DNA of 64,000 bases. Source: Octopus sinensis. Its lineage: Eukaryota. This document shows, piece by piece, positions 1-11,369 of the stretch. The DNA lies in the NCBI RefSeq assembly GCF_006345805.1, contig NC_043005.1:11904001-11968000 (forward strand), given 5' to 3'. Position 1 is the stretch's first letter. The number at the start of each line of letters is the position of its first letter. The position numbers and the translations under genes are program-made. The notes beneath the pieces are model-generated. The model saw only the letters and a list, made by a program, of their open reading frames with translations. It was not told the DNA's origin and did no database searches.

Positions 1-70
<70 letters not shown>
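1..70. repeat. (AGAT)n microsatellite
   Basis: Pure AGAT repeat from the window start. Confidence 0.98.
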
Positions 71-383
71 TTAAGTATGTATGATTCAGTATATAATGCT
101 GATAGTAAATGATCCTAGAATTCTTCCATCACACAATACAGATAACGATGTGTCTATGATTATCATTTAATATACTGCATCCACTTTGTATTTCTGTAAC
201 TTTAATTGCCCTTCTAATCACAATATTTTCGTAGCTGCTACTAGTTTCGTATATTTAGCTTAAATTTCTTATTGAGAACTTTAGCGAGGAGTGATTTTTA
301 TATGAAATAACATATGCAGTAACATCAAATGTATGCATTATATATATGGACGTAGTGTTGGATATATATATTGATGCACACAT

Positions 384-415
<32 letters not shown>

Positions 416-841
416 CACTGTATTATAATATATCATAATATATATTCTACGATTTGAAGCGACAGTTTTTACATATAAATGGCAGAAAATGATGAACTAA
501 CACTAGGTTGTTTACAAATATTATATATGTATATATATATATAATATATATATATATGGGTTTGTGTGACTGCGCATATATATACATATACGCATATATG
601 TATATATATATGTGTGTGTGTTTATGCATAGATATGGTTTTTCGTATAAGCATATATACATATATATATATAATTTAAATGTAGAGATATTACATTGACA
701 AGCCACTAATTTATTTATATTACAACAGTACATTAAATGCTATGAATACAATATAACATACCATAATAATATATAACATAAAGAATTAATTATATAATCT
801 ATAAAAGGCCAACATCATATATATATATATATATATATATA

Positions 842-933
842 TCAACATCACAATCAAGGAACGGCCATAATAGGCCATTCACCCACTAGTGGGTGAATGG
901 CCTATTATGGCCGTTCCTTGATTGTGATGTTGA
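842..933. repeat. Perfect 92-bp palindrome with no spacer
   Basis: tcaacatcacaatcaaggaacggccataataggccattcacccact|agtgggtgaatggcctattatggccgttccttgattgtgatgttga; 46-bp arms centred on ACTAGT at 885-890. Confidence 0.97.
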
Positions 934-1025
934 ACTTAAAGATGGTCTATGACTATTTAATTTTTTCCCACTAGGCCGCTGGTGGCAAAAAAATTCTACA
1001 AAATTTTTTGCCACCCTATATTGAT

Positions 1026-1071
<46 letters not shown>

Positions 1072-1454
1072 ATATATATATATCGTTTAAACATATATAT
1101 ATGTTTAAGACCGGGAGTGATGAAGTGAATGAGGATAATAGAAGTGGTGAGAGGGAAATGGTGAATAGGAATCTAGAAACATGTTGTGCAGATGAATGCC
1201 GAAAGGATACAATTGTTTGCAGTTGTAACTACGAGTTTTATGAAGCATAAAACTGCATGTGAAGATATCGCTGTATTTATTCATATAACATTTAGGTACA
1301 ACTTGAAATCATATATAACAGGTGGAGTAAAAATGATAAAGCACGACTACAGCAACTACAAGAATAGCATGTTCCTTTTTCAGTATTTGCCCATTATTTA
1401 ATATTGAGATTATTTGCCATGAAACGAGAATCATTAATACTTCTTATAATAATC

Positions 1455-1666
1455 CTTTCTACTATTGGTACAAGGCCTGATATTTTGGAGCAAGGGGGCC
1501 AGTCGATTACATCGACCACTGTGTTTGCCTGGTACTTAATTTACGATTCCCGAAAGGATGAATTGCAAAGTCCACCTAGGCAGAATTTGAACTTAGAACG
1601 TATACACGACGAAATGCCGCTAAGAATTTTGCTCGGCGTGCTAAAGATTCTGACAGCTCACCGCCT
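1455..1666 (-). mobile_element. tRNA-derived SINE, family B
   Basis: Reverse complement matches the repeat seen many times in this window (ggcggtgagctg..gttctaagttcaaattctgcc..ctttgc..catcctttcggg..gtcgatgtaatcgac). Confidence 0.85.
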
Positions 1667-1667
1667 G

Positions 1668-1696
1668 ATTACTACTACTACTACTACTACTAATAC

Positions 1697-1755
<59 letters not shown>

Positions 1756-1775
1756 GTAAAATAATAATAATAATA

Positions 1776-1813
<38 letters not shown>

Positions 1814-1900
1814 TAATATTATTATAAGAAGACGAGGTAGAATGAGAGGAAGAAGAAGAAGAAGAAGAAGAAGAAGAAGAACAACAACAACAACAACAAC
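1668..1900. repeat. Compound trinucleotide microsatellite (CTA)(AAT)(TTA)(AGA)(ACA)
   Basis: Read directly; the source of the spurious poly-N/I/R/T ORFs at 1404-1967, 1641-2207 and 1658-1939. Confidence 0.95.
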
Positions 1901-2930
1901 ACGACAGCAGACAGTATGTGGACGAAAACAAGTTAGCAAATGTTTGGAGGGATATGCTCAGAAATAAAAGACTCACAGATTGTGGAATAACTGCGATCAA
2001 GCAAGCAGCGGAAAATGACCTAAATATAAGACAAGGAAAGAAGAACCGAGACGAAGAGAGCAACTCTCCACGAGTCTCAACTGAAAGACTACCATCTGAC
2101 CAGAACATGCGAAGGTCTGGACTACCATCTGACCAGAACATGCGAAGGTCTGGACTACCATCTGACCAGAACATGCGAAGGTCTGGACTATAATCTGACC
2201 AGAACATGCGAAGGTCTGGAGAAATAAATTGTAATGAACCTGATAAAGATAGCGAGGAAAGTGGTAAAGAAACAACATTTGAAGACTAAACATCTACTGA
2301 AGAACACAGAGAGACTTTGATAGAACTGAAGCAGAAAATCCTGAATACGCATGATGGAGAACCACTTCATAAGCTCTCAAATACAATCCAAAATAGAAAA
2401 CTAATTAAAATTGGAAACTATGTAACAAAGGAAATTATACAAGAATTAAACCAGATCTCACTGAATTAAATGAAATTATTTACGCAGTGGCTAAGACAAT
2501 TGAAGCCTGTTGTATGCCTCTTAAAAAACAAAGAAATACAAACCTGACAAGAATTACAATCAAGGATGTTCACCACTACGAAGAAGTAATTGGACAATCC
2601 AACAAAGCCATCCACAGTATCAAGAGGAAGAATAAGAATGGGGCGGAGGAAAAAAAAAACCTTAAATAAATCAACCAGTGCATACATGAGATGGTTTCAG
2701 CCATGGACAATGTCAAAGAAGAAACAGCAAGACGCCAATAGAAGCTAGAATTGATTTAACGTTCTTGGAAGGTTTCAAAGTGAAACAGAAATGGTTAAAA
2801 TAATGAACAAAAGTGCAAAACCATGTAGAAATAATAGCTAAAGACATTGAAGAAATAAATTCAAGTACGAAACGTTAGGAGAGGTTTGAAGAAACCAGCT
2901 GAATGTACCTCAAACAATATCAGATATTTC
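1900..2930 (+). mobile_element. 5' part of a decayed Dong/R4-like (RLE) non-LTR retrotransposon
   Basis: MDENKLANVWRDMLRNKRLTD resembles the N-terminal motif of R4/Dong ORFs; downstream frames are broken; it starts next to an AAT/ACA repeat; a matching 3' part lies at 5010-6100. Confidence 0.6.
2087..2218 (+). repeat. 33-bp tandem repeat x4 inside the LINE ORF
   Basis: gactaccatctgaccagaacatgcgaaggtctg x4 (last copy slightly diverged), encoding in-frame LPSDQNMRRSG. Confidence 0.97.
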
Positions 2931-2939
2931 TCCGTGATG

Positions 2940-3325
2940 TGATCAGCATGGTGCACTTTTAATCATGTGTCAGCAGAAATCTTTATCATGTCAAATTCAT
3001 TGTTCAGAATATTCTCAACCCTCTCACAGGATATGCTAACAGCATTGGCTATTTAATGTATAGTCACTCGCCTATTATCCATCACCATGTTGTGTACACG
3101 AACAAGGTTTTCTACGGCTGTGGCAGTTGCAAAACGTCCAGATCTTGGGCCATCTTCAAGACTCTGCTGTCCTTCCTAAATTCAGCTTTCCACTTTTGCG
3201 CCATTGAGAAAGTTGGAATATCATCTGGTAATGTGGTGATCATACCAATATGTATGCCCTAAGGAACTAAACCCTTCTTCTGTAGGATCTTGGTAATACC
3301 ACTTTGACACATTTTCTCAATTTCG
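2940..3325 (-). mobile_element. Mariner transposase N-terminal fragment (pseudogene)
   Basis: The minus strand, with stops and frameshift, gives LQKKGLVP*GIH..MAQKWKAEFR / EDGPRSGRFATATAVENLVRVHNMVMDNRRVT..IANAVSISCERVENILNNEF, a mariner HTH region. Confidence 0.85.
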
Positions 3326-4169
3326 AAGAGACGTTGCAACTAGTTACTTTTGAAGTATTATGTCAGTGTACCAGGAAAGAAACCAACCATGCAGTTATCA
3401 ATAAAAAAAGGAGGAATGAATATACAAATGCAGAAAGAGAAAAATAGCCAGCCCTTCAATACTATATAGCCATTGCGGTAATGGTAACACCTGTCTTTTT
3501 TAAAGTGGGAACTGGATTTTATACTGATGAGATATACAGTGCAGTGGTATTTTTTCTGTCCTCATTGCCGGCTGCTGAAGTGCTCTTGAATGTGATGATG
3601 TGTGAAGTAGTGGTGGAAATGATGGCGTTTCTATGTTCCACGAAAGGATGTTTTCTTGCAACTGAAAAGGTCGTTTCCATATATGGATAATTTGTTTTGA
3701 TTTGTGGATATTGTTCATAGTGATGGCAATGGCTTTTTTTCTTACGTTGTTGCTCTTGTTATTGCCGAAGCAGGTTGTTTCACTTTACAGATTCTCGTTC
3801 TCGTTAGTTGTGTAATGAGAAATGTCACTGACACAAACTATTCTTTTTTGCCATTGTTTTACTTGTGTTTTCTATTGCCTCCATCTGTTAATTTGACATT
3901 AGTGATGGCGGTGCTGTTGCCTTGGTATCAAGCTGCACGAATCTTACCTAAAAGTTCGATACTAGAATTTTGTTTTAAAGATAATGTCGAGAAAATTAGA
4001 AAATTCTGTCCTGGAAATTTGAAAACAAAAACAGAACTGATTTGTCCCTTCGGATCCTTTTCACTTTAACATCGAATCAACGAAGGAAACCTATACAATT
4101 TTTTTTAAAAAACATAGTTCAATCAGAGAAAACCTGATTTAACTGTATGGGATTTTGAAGGAGCTTTTT

Positions 4170-4312
4170 TGCCTATGTGCCTGGTGTACCCTTATCAGAG
4201 GGATAGTCATGATGGTTATATTGGGCTATATACATTTGTTCCCCACTGTCACTCTGAGGGCGTGCATTGCTCTCTCACACGCTCAATAATAATAATGATG
4301 ATAATAATAATA
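4170..4312 (+). mobile_element. 3' end of a retroelement with AAT tail
   Basis: gtgcctggtgtacccttatcag..cactgtcactctga..ctctctcacacgctc followed by (AAT)n; I recognise it as a common cephalopod LINE 3' UTR. Confidence 0.5.
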
Positions 4313-4733
4313 AGAAGGAGGGGGAGAAGGAGGAGGAGGAGCTCCACGCTTAATAACAACATGGATGTGCTACACCGGGTTCTCCATTCAAAATCAAATC
4401 TAATAATATCGGTGAAATGGGATGAAATAACCTGTGGAAGATTTGAAGGGAGCGGCCTTTTAACGAAAATAATCATAAAAACGAAATTTTACTGCCATAC
4501 AAAGCGCAGTTTCTCCTATGCACGATGTCTCAGTGATACATGTGCGAGAGACACAAGCGAAACCTCGGAAAGTTTACAAATTATAAAATACAAGTGAAAA
4601 AAACAGTAAGTACGTAAATTGATTAATTACGCATCTACTCGAATGTCTACGCAATCATATTTACATTTTAATACCCAAACCACTACGTGTAATTTACAGG
4701 ACGCACATACACGCATATGAAAGCACGTGTCAC

Positions 4734-4800
4734 AAACGAAGCAAAAAAATAACAAAACGAAGCAAAAAAATAACAAAACGAAGCAAAAATATAACAAAAC
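4734..4800. repeat. 21-bp tandem repeat x3
   Basis: aaaacgaagcaaaaaaataac repeated three times. Confidence 0.9.
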
Positions 4801-5009
4801 AATTCATAAGTTTAAAAACACCACAAAAAAGAAAATTGCCCGGAGATGAACCTGTCAAAAAATAATAATATACTGACGAATACACACTCTGTAGCCATAA
4901 GAAGATACGTTACGTGCAATGTTCACATTCAGAGAACTGGTAGGCGGTGTTGTCTCAAAAAAGTGACCCTAAACAGACAAATCCGCCCCTTAATGTCAAC
5001 ATCCAAGCC

Positions 5010-6100
5010 CCAGTGGTAGAAAACCAAGTACAAACTGGATGTTAAAATTTGTCTAAGAGCATGGAAACGAGAAAGCATCATATTCAGTAACAAAACAGGC
5101 AAGGGAGTATCTAAGTGAATTCAAAATACAGCAAATCCGAGAATTAGATATGTTGGAAACACGCAGAGAAAAGGCTAAGCATATGAAAACCCGTGCTAAA
5201 ACTATTGCCTCTCCATGGCAAATACACAAAGAGAGCTAATAATGCCGATGTTGACAAAGGCCTAGGCCATCAATGGTTAGTCTCTTCTTGCTTAGAGACA
5301 GAAACAGAATGGTTTATCATAGCAGCCCAATATCAATGCCTACCTACAAGGAGCTACCGGGCTAGCATCTTAAAGAACGGCAGTCGCCTATCGCGTTGTG
5401 TATGTAAACAACAAAATGAATCCATTGATAACGTTGTCACCATGTGCAGTCTTCTTGCACAAACAGAGTATCTCGACAGGCATGAGGTAAATTCACTTGG
5501 TAGTTTGCAAAAACCTGAACCTGCCACATCATAAAAACTGATGGGAACACAAACCACCTCCAGTGCTTGAAAATTACCAAATTTGTCCACTCTGGAACTT
5601 CAGCTTATCAAACTGACAGAAAGATTGATGCGAATAGGCCAGATATTATATTGAAACATTTCAGATAATAAAAATCATACCTCTTCAGTGATATGACTCT
5701 CCCAATCGACATAAGTTTAACTCAACATCTACAAAACCTGAGCAAGTGTAAAGATCTTGAAAGAGAAATTGGCAAAATGTGTAACCAGAAGACGAAAACA
5801 AAACCTGTTCTCATAGGCACCCTAGGAATGAAAGCAAAAGGGTTTGATTCCTACCTACCTCAGATACTCTAAAATGGCAGAAATTCATAAGATAGTGCTC
5901 ATGGGAACTGGTCATATCCTACGTAAAATACTGTCTCTGTAATCTTAAAATTTTAAAACAAATTTATAATTTTATGTTTTCTTAAACACTCTCTTAAACA
6001 AAACTATGTGCAAAACCAAATATATGACACCCTAGGCATAACATCCACCTGAACTTCTAACTTGTCTCTTGAGATCTCTGGGTGAGATTTGGAGTCAAGT
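5010..6100 (+). mobile_element. 3' part of a Dong/R4-like RLE LINE (CCHC finger, restriction-like endonuclease, 3' UTR), decayed
   Basis: LHGKY, ETEWFIIAAQYQCLPT, C..C....ESIDNVVTMCSLLAQTEYLDRH, NRPDII and PVLIGTLGM motifs, typical of R4/Dong-clade C-termini. Confidence 0.9.
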
Positions 6101-6105
6101 TGTAC

Positions 6106-6370
6106 GAGGTTAAGCAGTTGTAGTCAATGAAAAAGGTGGTAGTAGTACCATTAATTATCGGAGCCCTGGGAACACTGAGTAAAAATCTTGAGAAGTAAAT
6201 GGAACAAATAAGGACTGCAATAGTGGTGGAATACTTGCGGAAAACAGCATTGCTTGGAACCGCTCGAATACTCCGGATGGTCCTTGAAAAATAAAGGGTA
6301 TTATCTTAGTTCACTAGTAGTGAGCAGCTGGCACCGTAGTATATTTCCAGCGTTAGAAGCTGTACAAAGA
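6106..6370 (+). mobile_element. Second R4/Dong-like 3' terminal fragment
   Basis: VVVVPLIIGALGTLSKNLEK*MEQ..LRKTALLGTARILRMVLEK*, then a short UTR and a (CAA)(AAT)n tail. Confidence 0.85.
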
Positions 6371-6375
6371 AAATA

Positions 6376-6403
6376 AACAACAACAACAACAATAATAATA
6401 ATG

Positions 6404-6447
<44 letters not shown>

Positions 6448-6472
6448 TATAATAATGATGATGATGATAATA

Positions 6473-6532
<60 letters not shown>

Positions 6533-6535
6533 TAC

Positions 6536-6571
<36 letters not shown>
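6376..6571. repeat. (CAA)/(AAT)n microsatellite
   Basis: Read directly. Confidence 0.97.
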
Positions 6572-6572
<1 letters not shown>

Positions 6573-8147
6573 TTTGGCACAATGGCAGCAATTTTGAGGG
6601 AGGAGTAAGTCGATTACATTGACCTTACATCAACCGGTACTTGTTTAATCAGTAGAAGGGTTTTTTTAAGTGTAGGAAGATAATGTAATTGAAATAAAAT
6701 GTAGTGGATAGAAGCGCTAACAGTAAAAACGGAAATAGAATTGGAACGAGGCGAGAATGTCATAATTATATGAAATCTTACAACTTGGACCATATTTCAA
6801 TGAGAACATTATTAGGTACAACTAAGAGGCTACTTTACACCCTTTTAGGGTAAAATATATAACGAAATACCACCATAAAATAAGCTAAGCGGAGAAACAA
6901 CATTTCAAGCAATTCGCACAGTCAAAATTTATTGTCGTGAAAGTAAACAGAGATCGAGTATCAAACTTGTTGATTAGCAGCTAACAACGATGTATTGATA
7001 ACACTGAACACACGTCAAAAACAACCAAGTTATTCGCTTGTTCTGAAGAAGACACTGAAGAATAAGAATAAAAGAATATGAAAATTAAATATTTTGTAAA
7101 AAATCAAGCTGGAAAGTTTAGAAATTGCTTCGACTTAATGAATTAATATCACGATAAATTGGTAGAAGTGAGTCTATTTATTCTATTTGTAATTAATGCA
7201 AATGGATTGATACACAATTCTATAAAGACAAGTATGCCTATAGAAATTGGTACGTGATGAAAAGTAGAACTATTCGGTTCTGTAAACGGTATTTGATTGT
7301 CTGTTTTAGTAGTTTTTCAACTGAATGTGTCTCTGTGGATGGAGCTAGACACATCAGTTGATAATGCTATGATGAAATTTTGGTTTCGAATACACATCTG
7401 TTATTTCATTATCTTTCTGAGGAGGGTACTGCTCTACATTGTTTGATCCCAATAATAAATACCAAATTATCCAGTAATGTTAAGCTTCAATCTCGAGAAT
7501 ACCCATAATTCATTTCAGTTGTGTTTGATTTTGTATCCAGCTGAAAACTTGACGTGAATCCTAATATGGGTTGCTTGTAATGCGCGTGATTTTACATGCT
7601 ATCGATCTATGAGTAGATTTTTGTTCCGGGAGAAATATCCATTGCAGCCCGCTGCTATTCTCCAAGCAGCTTCAACTCCGCCAGATGAGTTTTATTGCTT
7701 GAAGTTGGATTAAGTGTTTGCGATGGTTAGATATAATGTAATGAAATCGAATATCAATAACTTAGGCTATATTGATATCGATATCGATATTCGAGAGACA
7801 GTGAAAGTGCGATGTCCATTCCGTCCTCCAATTGACAATATTTTAGGTTATGATGCAGCTAAACAGTTGATATTCAAAATGCCTTTGAATATTTGCAGTG
7901 AGAGTCTTTGACAGTTGTTCATATGATTGTCCCCATTCATAAACCTTTTTTCATAATCCTGCTTAATTGATACTTACCTATTTTAAGTGGCAACGATAAT
8001 AGAGAGAAAGAACGAGCCTATTTGAAGGGAATCGTAAACAGCTGCTCACACAGGAAAAGAAAAAAATGGAAGATACAAAGATATGGAGAAAGTCAGTACC
8101 ATTTCGGAGTGGAATAGTCCAAGGAAATAGCAATTTAATACAGGTGT

Positions 8148-8720
8148 TGTCAGCCCAAATGCTACACAAATCCAACTCAGGGCGCAAGAATAGGTCCTAT
8201 GGAGTGTTAGTTCTTTTGAAACATTGATCGGGATAATATCAAGCTAAGCGCCGGAAATAATGAGTAACCGAAATTATTTTAGCATAGCATAAAACCAGAA
8301 AATTAACAGTAACAAGAGTTATGTTATTTCGGAGTGAAGATGTTTTAAAGACAGAAAAGTTGTACTTAACCTAAAGCTTAACTGATTATACCTAATATAA
8401 ATATTCAAATAAAGAAACGATCATTTTATACATGACACAAATGTCTGTCAGCCCATATGCTAGATGCGTCCTACTCGAGACGCAAGAGCTGACTGTCATT
8501 TTTTTCGACCATGTATCTGGTTAATGTCAAGCTAGGCGCAGGAAATGAGGAGGAACAGAAATTATTTTAGTATAGCAAAAATATTAACAGTAGCATTAGA
8601 ATCACAAAAAGGTCTAGTGGAACGTTGTTATCTTATCTTGGAGTGAAGAAGTTTCAAATACAGTAACAGTGTGCTAAACCTGAAGATAAATTGATTATAG
8701 CTAATATATATTTACAAATT
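8148..8720. repeat. Old, diverged tandem duplication with ~298-bp period
   Basis: Units start tgtcagccc at 8148 and 8446 and share ordered blocks: tcaagcta(a/g)gcgc(c/a)ggaaat, gaaattattttag, attaacagta, ggagtgaaga, tgattata(c/g)ctaatata. Confidence 0.85.
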
Positions 8721-11305
8721 ATTAGGAATCAACGAACTAAATAATAGATTACAATACGCTAAAAGCCAACGAAAGTATAATATAAAGTCTGAGATAAGTA
8801 CTTAAGGAGATTAGGAAATAACCTAAAATATAATAAAGGCTTCATATCCGAGTTCTTGAAGTGATAAGCTAATATTATAATACATTATGTTGGAAATTAA
8901 GTAAATTACCATGGATATATTGCAAAGCATTGAGGTAACGACATTATGTCACGTCTACAACCAAATTAAACAGTTGAATATTTATAATGCTATAAACTTA
9001 ATCCTGGTGTTCTTATGCAAAAGATATCATATAATATAATGTTATGAGGCATGTTTTTAGGTATGTAAATATGTATGTACATACACTCGCTTTGTTAAAT
9101 GCCATGGCTGGTGAAACAATTCTCAACCGTTGAGTTACTTTGTAACGTATGTTGATTATGTGTGTGTGTGTGTGTTATAATGGTTAATACCAAAAATATA
9201 CTTCAACAAGGGACTAGCTTCAATATTAGTTCAATATGCAAAAAAAAAATTCTACCACATCTAAATGTTTATCCATTTCTAGTAAACACAATATTAATAG
9301 ATACGTTTGAGAGGCAGCTATATGCATTGGGTAATATAGAGACACAAGCATGTCCAAACAGATGAAGGCATAGCATTCTTACACAGAGAAATTTAACAAA
9401 TTAATTGAATTTATGCAAAAGCAAAATATAAAAATATCATCTTCTACTGCTCAGCACATCTCGAATATTTCCGATCAATTCATTTGGGCTTACGGATAAT
9501 TTTTATTCTTGACCTGACAATACCTTTGAAAATGCTTTTCAGGTCAAACTCATCGTAATCAATATGAATATATCTAAAATATAAAAGGATCTAAGAAAAT
9601 CGTTGTTAACGGCATCGGCATAAATCACGTTCATTCATATGAGTGAAAAACAAAACAAAAACGAAACAAATTTATTTGCTGCTGTGGGTGAAGCCCACCC
9701 TCGAGGAGTAAGGAACGTAAGACGTTCTTCCAAGATAAAAGGTAGGACGTGTCTACTTTTTGTTTGATTCAGAAAGAACAGTATTTTATTCGGAAAAGAG
9801 GTACCAAATGCCCTCATACTCGAAAAATTTTGTATTGTTCAAAACTTCCCTAATCTTCCCTTCTCTGTGTCATGCAAATTTAAGTGTTTGTGATTTTGTA
9901 ACCCATATTATCATTAGAATATCGTCGTTCATATTTTACACTGCCCCTCAAAAGAATGTTGGCGATGAAATTCCACCGACTTCTTTACACAGCTGGAAGG
10001 CATTCTACATTTGTGAGACTGAATATTTATCTTTTTTGTGACTGAGGATGTATCTACATAGATAATCACGTTCGAATATTTTATTTCTCTTTTCTTCTGT
10101 ATACCTTATGTATGTTTATGAATATTTGCGTGTATACTTATCTGAACTTATTGTATCTTTATGTACTTGTGTTCGTGCGTATCAAACTGTGTGAATATGA
10201 AACAGTTTTTAGATATTTATTTTCCAGTGAGTACATTTGTGTATATTGTGTGCACGCGTGTGTATCCACATGTATGTATGTGTTTATTTTTTCAAGCCTC
10301 CCTGTTTTGAAATTTTCGCACTTTGTATATTTACATTTATATATAAGTGTATGTATGTGTACATGCATACATATATGTATGTGTGCATGTATATGTATCT
10401 AAATATGTCTAGCAGTGTGTGTTTATGTATGTAATTTATAAGGTTTTAGTACGTTTGCTTTTCTTGAAATTTTTGTATGTCTGTGTATACATATTTGAGT
10501 GCATGTGTTATATCTGTGTATGCAAGTTAGAGTTTACATGTTCCTTCTTGGATGTTGCATGTGTGATGTACGAATGTTCAACTACACACTTGAGTCTAAG
10601 TCTGGATGCTTCTATACATATATTTCACTACCTTTATCACACAATCATGTGTATGTACAACGTGAAATACCACTGTGTATATGAGTATGTGTATTCGATA
10701 AGCAAATTTTTATATGCCTGCGCTTTTTTGTTTTGAATCTTTTAAACGTGTAAGTGTACGTGATTGCATTGCAAGTAAGTCGCGATATCTCCATCTACGA
10801 ATGCATATTAAAACGTATATATTATGAATCTGTACTGCTGTAATCATATATGCGTATCTATGAGCGTAACTATGCGCATATTTATATGCTAGAGTATTTG
10901 TATTGTATTTTAGTGTGTGACACTTGGACTGTGTATTTGAGTGTATGCAGGTTTCTTCCATTAGTGGCAGCATTTTTGAAGATTCATTAAATTATCAAAT
11001 TCAAGTAAAGAAATTAAAGCTGCAAAATCTCTTAAGCAAGTTTATTAGTAACAGTTTATGAACACAGTGTTCGCAAATTACAAGTTTATATAAAGCAATT
11101 AGAATATACGCAGATGTTTCAGCCGATATAGCAGTCCAGAGAGGAGGATTCCTGAATACATGATTGGCCTCTTTATTTGGAATGCGAGAGTCTCTGTTTG
11201 TGAAAGCCCGAAGGTAGACTCCTTCGCTCAGGTAGAATTTCTATAGGAAGCTATGGTCGCACACATGTCTATGTATGCATAAACATTCGCATATATATAT
11301 ATATT

Positions 11306-11352
<47 letters not shown>

Positions 11353-11369
11353 TGTGTGTGTGTGTAGAA

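Noticed and set aside
2087-2218. 33-bp repeats as a CRISPR array
   Set aside because: Head-to-tail with no spacers, eukaryotic context, no cas genes.
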